DNA of 12,584 nucleotides from the NCBI GenBank assembly GCA_046153645.1, contig JBJXGI010000078.1:1-12584 (forward strand), given 5' to 3'. The position numbers were made by a program, and so were the translations under genes. Source of the stretch: Elusimicrobiota bacterium. GTDB lineage: Bacteria; Elusimicrobiota; Elusimicrobia; F11. The notes below the pieces were generated by a model. That model searched no databases. It was not told the DNA's origin and was given only the letters and a program-made list of their open reading frames with translations. Shown here one piece after another: positions 7,658 to 12,584 of the stretch. The number at the start of each line of letters is the position of its first letter. The stretch's first letter is position 1.

Positions 7658-8815
7658 ATGTTAAAAACTGCTGATCGTGCGAATCAAAAAAAATTCCGTG
7701 TTACATTCGGCCATATTGAAGTGGGACAGAAGGCCAGAACATATTTAAACGAGTCATTGAGCCGAAATTGGGTGTCAGAAGGTCCCAATGTACAATTATT
7801 TGAAAAAAAATTTAGCGATTTGTTTGGATATAAATATTCTGTGGCAACCAGTTCAGGCACCGATGCTGGGATTGTTGCCATGGCCACCTTGCATGACTTA
7901 GGAGCAAAAAGAGGAGATGAGGTTATCACTCCTGCATGTGCGTTCGTTGCAACTGCCAATTGTATTTTGGCCGCTGGGTTGGTTCCTAAATTTGTTGACG
8001 TTGAATTAGATACTCTTAATATCAATCCTGATTTAATTGAAAAAGCCATTACTCCTCGTACTCGAGCCATTCAAGTTGTTCATACTATGGGTAAACCCTG
8101 TAAAATGGATCAAATTATGGCTATTGCCAAAAAACACAAATTAATAGTCATTGAAGATGCCTGTGAAGCGCATGGTGCCACTGTAAACGGAAAAGTTGTT
8201 GGTTCTATTGGAGATATGGGGCTTTTTAGCTTCTATGCGGCACACATGATTTGTTCTGGTGAAGGCGGAATGATTTCCACCAATCGTGAAGATTTATCCC
8301 AATTATGTCGTTCTATTCGAAGCCACGGTCGAAGAAATGGTCAATTGTATTTTTGTTTTGATCGGATTGGTTTCAATTCCAAAATGAATGATTTGGAAGC
8401 GGCTATTGGTTTAGAAGGTATTGAAACATTTCAAAATACTTTTGATGTTCGTAGAAAATACTTGCTTCAAATTCAAGAAGCCTTAAAGCCAGTTGAAGAT
8501 CGCGTTATTGTTTACAGAGATGCTCCAGGTGAAGTAACTTGTCCTCATGCTTTTCCGCTTGTGATGAAAAATTCAAATGAGACCATGGAAAAGCTTTATG
8601 AACATTTAGAAGAAAGAGGAATTCAGTGTAAGAATTTGTTTGGTTCACTACCAACTCAACATGCAGCCTTTACTTTTCTTGGTTACAAACTAGGCGATTT
8701 TCCTGTTTCTGAGAGATTGGGTTCTACTGGTCTTCATTTTGGTGTTCATCAGTACCTAAAACAAGACGATATCGATTTCGTAATTGAATCCGTTTTGAGT
8801 TTTTTTAAAAGGTAA
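7658..8815 (+). CDS. DegT/DnrJ/EryC1/StrS-family PLP enzyme with His at the catalytic Lys position; probable NDP-4-keto-6-deoxysugar 3-dehydratase (ColD/E1-type)
   Basis: SSGT, GDEVITP..AF.AT, P.FVDV, IEDACEAHG, SFYAAHMICSGEGGM (His codon 8243-8245). ATG 7658 preferred over the track's TTG 7643 because GGGAGGGG lies immediately upstream of it; 385 aa. Confidence 0.85.
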   Translation: MLKTADRANQKKFRVTFGHIEVGQKARTYLNESLSRNWVSEGPNVQLFEKKFSDLFGYKYSVATSSGTDAGIVAMATLHDLGAKRGDEVITPACAFVATANCILAAGLVPKFVDVELDTLNINPDLIEKAITPRTRAIQVVHTMGKPCKMDQIMAIAKKHKLIVIEDACEAHGATVNGKVVGSIGDMGLFSFYAAHMICSGEGGMISTNREDLSQLCRSIRSHGRRNGQLYFCFDRIGFNSKMNDLEAAIGLEGIETFQNTFDVRRKYLLQIQEALKPVEDRVIVYRDAPGEVTCPHAFPLVMKNSNETMEKLYEHLEERGIQCKNLFGSLPTQHAAFTFLGYKLGDFPVSERLGSTGLHFGVHQYLKQDDIDFVIESVLSFFKR

Positions 8816-8817
8816 AC

Positions 8818-9801
8818 ATGTCTAATTCTTCTGGTTTATCTGGAACAAAAAATGATTGGTTAAAACTTTACGAAGACCTTTTACTTGCCCGACTCAGTGA
8901 AGAGAAAATTCGATCAGAATATTCAAAAGATGAAATGAAAACTCCCGTTCATATAGGAATTGGAGGAGAAGCCATTCCGATCGGTGTTTGTCATGTCCTT
9001 CCTAAAAGTATCCAAGCATTCGGTACCTATAGAAATCATTCACTTTATCTTGCTTTATCAAAGGATGTTGATGGTTTTTTTGCTGAGTTGTATGGGAAAA
9101 TGGCCGGGACAGGGAAAGGAAAAGCTGGTTCCATGCACTTAGCTAATCCTGAAAAAGGCCTTATTGCAACCTCTGCTGTTGTAGCCACAACCATCCCCGT
9201 TGCCGTGGGAGCTGCTTTTGCCCAACAATATTTGAAAAAAGATGCTTATTCAGTGGTTTTTTTCGGGGATGGTGCTGTTGAAGAAGGCGTTTTTTGGGAA
9301 AGTATTAATTTTGCTTCATTAAAAAAGTTGAAAGTTATTTTTGTTTGTGAAGATAATGAGTTGGCTATTCATTCATTTGCAAAAGGACGCCAAGGATTTA
9401 AATCGATCAAAGAAGTTATTGCCGCTTTTGATATTCATTTTATTCAAGCCGATGGCACTCGTGTTGAAGCTGTTGTTAATGCCACTGAGCAGTTGAAATT
9501 AAAGATGGAAAGTGATCCCAAACCAGGTTTTTTACACCTTAGTTATTTTCGATTTTTAGAACATGTGGGGCCCATGGAGGATTTTCCTTCAGGATATCGC
9601 CCCAAACCCACGCCAGCTGAATTAGATCAATTAGATCCAGTTAAAAATTTTGAACAAACTCTTTTAGCTAATGGGATTGCTAAAAGTGATTTAGATCAAA
9701 TTCGTTCTTCAGTTCAGAAAAATATTGATCAAGCTGTTGTTAAAGCGCAAAAGGCTCCATTTCCTGACGAAAAAGAGTTATATACGGATGTGCTCATATG
9801 A
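8818..9801 (+). CDS. ThDP-dependent dehydrogenase E1 alpha-like subunit (pyruvate/acetoin dehydrogenase family)
   Basis: H..IG.EA, TYRNH, GKAGSMH, ThDP motif GDGA (9265 onward)...VCEDN (Asn at 9355-9357), DG..V..V, YFRFLEHVGP..D, DPV. Starts 2 nt after the previous stop. Confidence 0.88.
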   Translation: MSNSSGLSGTKNDWLKLYEDLLLARLSEEKIRSEYSKDEMKTPVHIGIGGEAIPIGVCHVLPKSIQAFGTYRNHSLYLALSKDVDGFFAELYGKMAGTGKGKAGSMHLANPEKGLIATSAVVATTIPVAVGAAFAQQYLKKDAYSVVFFGDGAVEEGVFWESINFASLKKLKVIFVCEDNELAIHSFAKGRQGFKSIKEVIAAFDIHFIQADGTRVEAVVNATEQLKLKMESDPKPGFLHLSYFRFLEHVGPMEDFPSGYRPKPTPAELDQLDPVKNFEQTLLANGIAKSDLDQIRSSVQKNIDQAVVKAQKAPFPDEKELYTDVLI

Positions 9802-10838
9802 TTTCTAATATTACTTTCAAAGAAGCTTTATCCTTAGCTCAAGCCAAATCAATGGAAGCCGATCCCAATGTTTTTGTTTTTGGGTTAGATGTTCCTGATC
9901 ATAAAAGTATTTTTGGTAGCACAAAGGGTTTATTGGCCAAATTCGGGAAGGAAAGAGTTTTTGGTACACCTCTTTCTGAAGACGCCATGACAGGAATTGC
10001 TTTGGGTGCCGCCATTTCTGGTTTAAGACCTGTTCATGTTCATATTCGCGTTGACTTTATGCTTTTGGGAATGAATCAAATTGCCAATATGATTTCCAGT
10101 TTGAGATATATGACTGGTGGAAAACTGAAAGTACCGCTTGTTATTAGAGCCGTCATTGGTCGTGGATGGGGACAATCCGCTCAACACAGCAAAACCCTTC
10201 ATGGTATTTTTGCACATATTCCTGGAATTAAAGTTTTACTTCCTTCCTCGCCTCAAGATGCGTATTCAATGTTAAGAGCTGCCATTAACGATGATAATCC
10301 CGTTATTTCAATTGAACATCGCTGGTTATATGATGTTTCAGGTCCAGTAAACGATGAAATTATTCATGATGATTTTACTCCAATGATAAGATTGGAAGGA
10401 AAAGATCTGACGGTTGTAACTACTTCTTGGATGAGCATTGAGGCTATAAAAGCTGCTGAGGTTTTAGCCAAGAGAGGCATTAAGTTAGAAGTAATTGATA
10501 TTCGAGGAGTCGCCCCATTTCAAGTTGAAAAAATTGTTGCTTCTGTTCAAAAAACAAAACACTGTATCGTTGCTGATTATGATTGGGTGTTTTCCGGTTT
10601 TAGCGCTGAAGTGGCCTCTCAAATTCATGATAAATGTTTTGGTGTTTTGAAAAAACCAGTGAGACGGTTAGGGTTTGCGCATGTTCCTTGCCCGACAACT
10701 CGTCCTCTCGAAAATAAATTTTATTCTTCAGCAGTTGACATTATTAAAACAACTGAGGAGCTTTTGGGTTTATCTCCTACAGATATATCAGGTGAAATTT
10801 TTTATAGTTATGAACAAAAATTTAAAGGTCCGTTTTAA
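9798..10838 (+). CDS. ThDP-dependent dehydrogenase E1 beta-like subunit (transketolase pyrimidine-binding + C-terminal domains)
   Basis: FGKERVFGTPLSE, G.A..G.RPV, QHSK, HIPGIKV..PS.P.DA, DDNPV..IEHRWLY, G.DLTVV, EVID.R, SVQKT. ATGA overlap with the alpha-subunit stop. Confidence 0.88.
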   Translation: MISNITFKEALSLAQAKSMEADPNVFVFGLDVPDHKSIFGSTKGLLAKFGKERVFGTPLSEDAMTGIALGAAISGLRPVHVHIRVDFMLLGMNQIANMISSLRYMTGGKLKVPLVIRAVIGRGWGQSAQHSKTLHGIFAHIPGIKVLLPSSPQDAYSMLRAAINDDNPVISIEHRWLYDVSGPVNDEIIHDDFTPMIRLEGKDLTVVTTSWMSIEAIKAAEVLAKRGIKLEVIDIRGVAPFQVEKIVASVQKTKHCIVADYDWVFSGFSAEVASQIHDKCFGVLKKPVRRLGFAHVPCPTTRPLENKFYSSAVDIIKTTEELLGLSPTDISGEIFYSYEQKFKGPF

Positions 10839-10852
10839 TTAGGAGGTATTAA

Positions 10853-11785
<933 letters not shown>

Positions 11786-12584
11786 ATGATTATTTCAAGA
11801 ACTCCTTATCGGTTGTCCTTTTTTGGAGGCGGGACTGATTATTCAGCCTGGTCCGATAAACATGGCGGACTTATTATTGGTTCAACTTTTGCACGGTATT
11901 GTTATATCTCCTGCCGATTTCTTCCTCCCTTTTTTGAACATAAGACTCGAGTTGTTTACTCTCTCATTGAGAGTGTAAAAAATCATACCGAGATTAAACA
12001 TCCTGCGGTAAGGGGATGTTTATCTTTCCTTTCGTTCAATCAGGGACTCGAAATTCATCATGATGGTGATTTACCCGCAAGATCCGGTTTGGGATCAAGC
12101 TCTAGTTTTACCGTGGGATTATTAAATGCCTTATATGGACTTCGAGGAGAGATGCGTACTAAGCGACATTTGGCTGATAATGCAATTTTTGTCGAGCAAA
12201 AACTATTAAATGAACATGTGGGGATTCAAGATCAAATTTTGTCTTCTCATGGTGGTTTAAACATTATTGAAATTGGGGAAAACTCAACCTATCGCGTGTC
12301 ACCATTAATTTTACCTTTTGATTATAAGTTAGGCTTAGAAAGCCATGTATTGCTTGGATTTACCGGTTTAACTCGTTTTGCTTCTGATATTGCAGGCGTT
12401 CAGGTTAAATCCATTGAGAAAGGTGAAACACGCATGGGTGAAATTCATGCTATTGCCAAAGAAGCTTTAGAATTATTTCGCTCTCAAGCTGATTTCAGAA
12501 AAATTGGTGATTTACTCCATAAAAGTTGGGAAATAAAAAGATCCTTAGCTAAAAATGTTTCAAATGATGATATTGATCTCCTTT
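11786..12584 (+). CDS. GHMP-family sugar kinase, HddA/WcbL-like (D-glycero-D-manno-heptose 7-phosphate kinase type), 3'-truncated by the window edge
   Basis: Not in the ORF track (no stop inside the window). ATG immediately follows the SDR stop. Manual translation: MIISRTPYRLSFFGGGTDY...HPAVR...DGDLPARSGLGSSSSFTVGLLNAL...VEQ...VGIQDQ...HGG...FTGLTRFAS...IGDLLHKSWEIKRSL; open for 266 codons to the end. Confidence 0.88.
   Translation, partial: MIISRTPYRLSFFGGGTDYSAWSDKHGGLIIGSTFARYCYISCRFLPPFFEHKTRVVYSLIESVKNHTEIKHPAVRGCLSFLSFNQGLEIHHDGDLPARSGLGSSSSFTVGLLNALYGLRGEMRTKRHLADNAIFVEQKLLNEHVGIQDQILSSHGGLNIIEIGENSTYRVSPLILPFDYKLGLESHVLLGFTGLTRFASDIAGVQVKSIEKGETRMGEIHAIAKEALELFRSQADFRKIGDLLHKSWEIKRSLAKNVSNDDIDLL

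Noticed and set aside
2064..10217. Eleven-plus short alternative-frame and antisense ORFs in the track (60-130 aa)
   Set aside because: All overlap well-supported genes, show no recognisable motifs, and are of the size expected by chance.

Overview
An AT-rich bacterial window carrying nine co-oriented (+ strand) genes of a surface-polysaccharide / nucleotide-sugar biosynthesis locus; the first and last genes are cut by the window edges. Block 1 (1-6192): bi-domain MDR + Gfo/Idh/MocA oxidoreductase, AsnB-family glutamine amidotransferase, heparinase II/III-like protein. A lone LhgO-like FAD oxidase (6334-7533) is set off by the only two sizeable spacers. Block 2 (7658 to end), behind a good sigma70-type promoter overlapped by a perfect palindrome: DegT-family PLP enzyme with His at the catalytic Lys position (ColD/E1-type sugar 3-dehydratase signature), PDH-E1-like ThDP alpha and beta subunits with no E2/E3, an NAD-dependent sugar SDR, and an HddA-like GHMP sugar kinase missing from the ORF track. 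Two things stand out: (i) block 2 looks like a route to a 3-deoxy, C-branched, possibly heptose-derived NDP-sugar (inference); (ii) an 87-bp GC-rich palindromic element, with a second 24-bp palindrome nested in one loop, sits in frame in the interdomain linker of the first gene (seen directly). No RNA genes, CRISPR arrays or transposases were seen. All product calls rest on motif recognition, not database searches.
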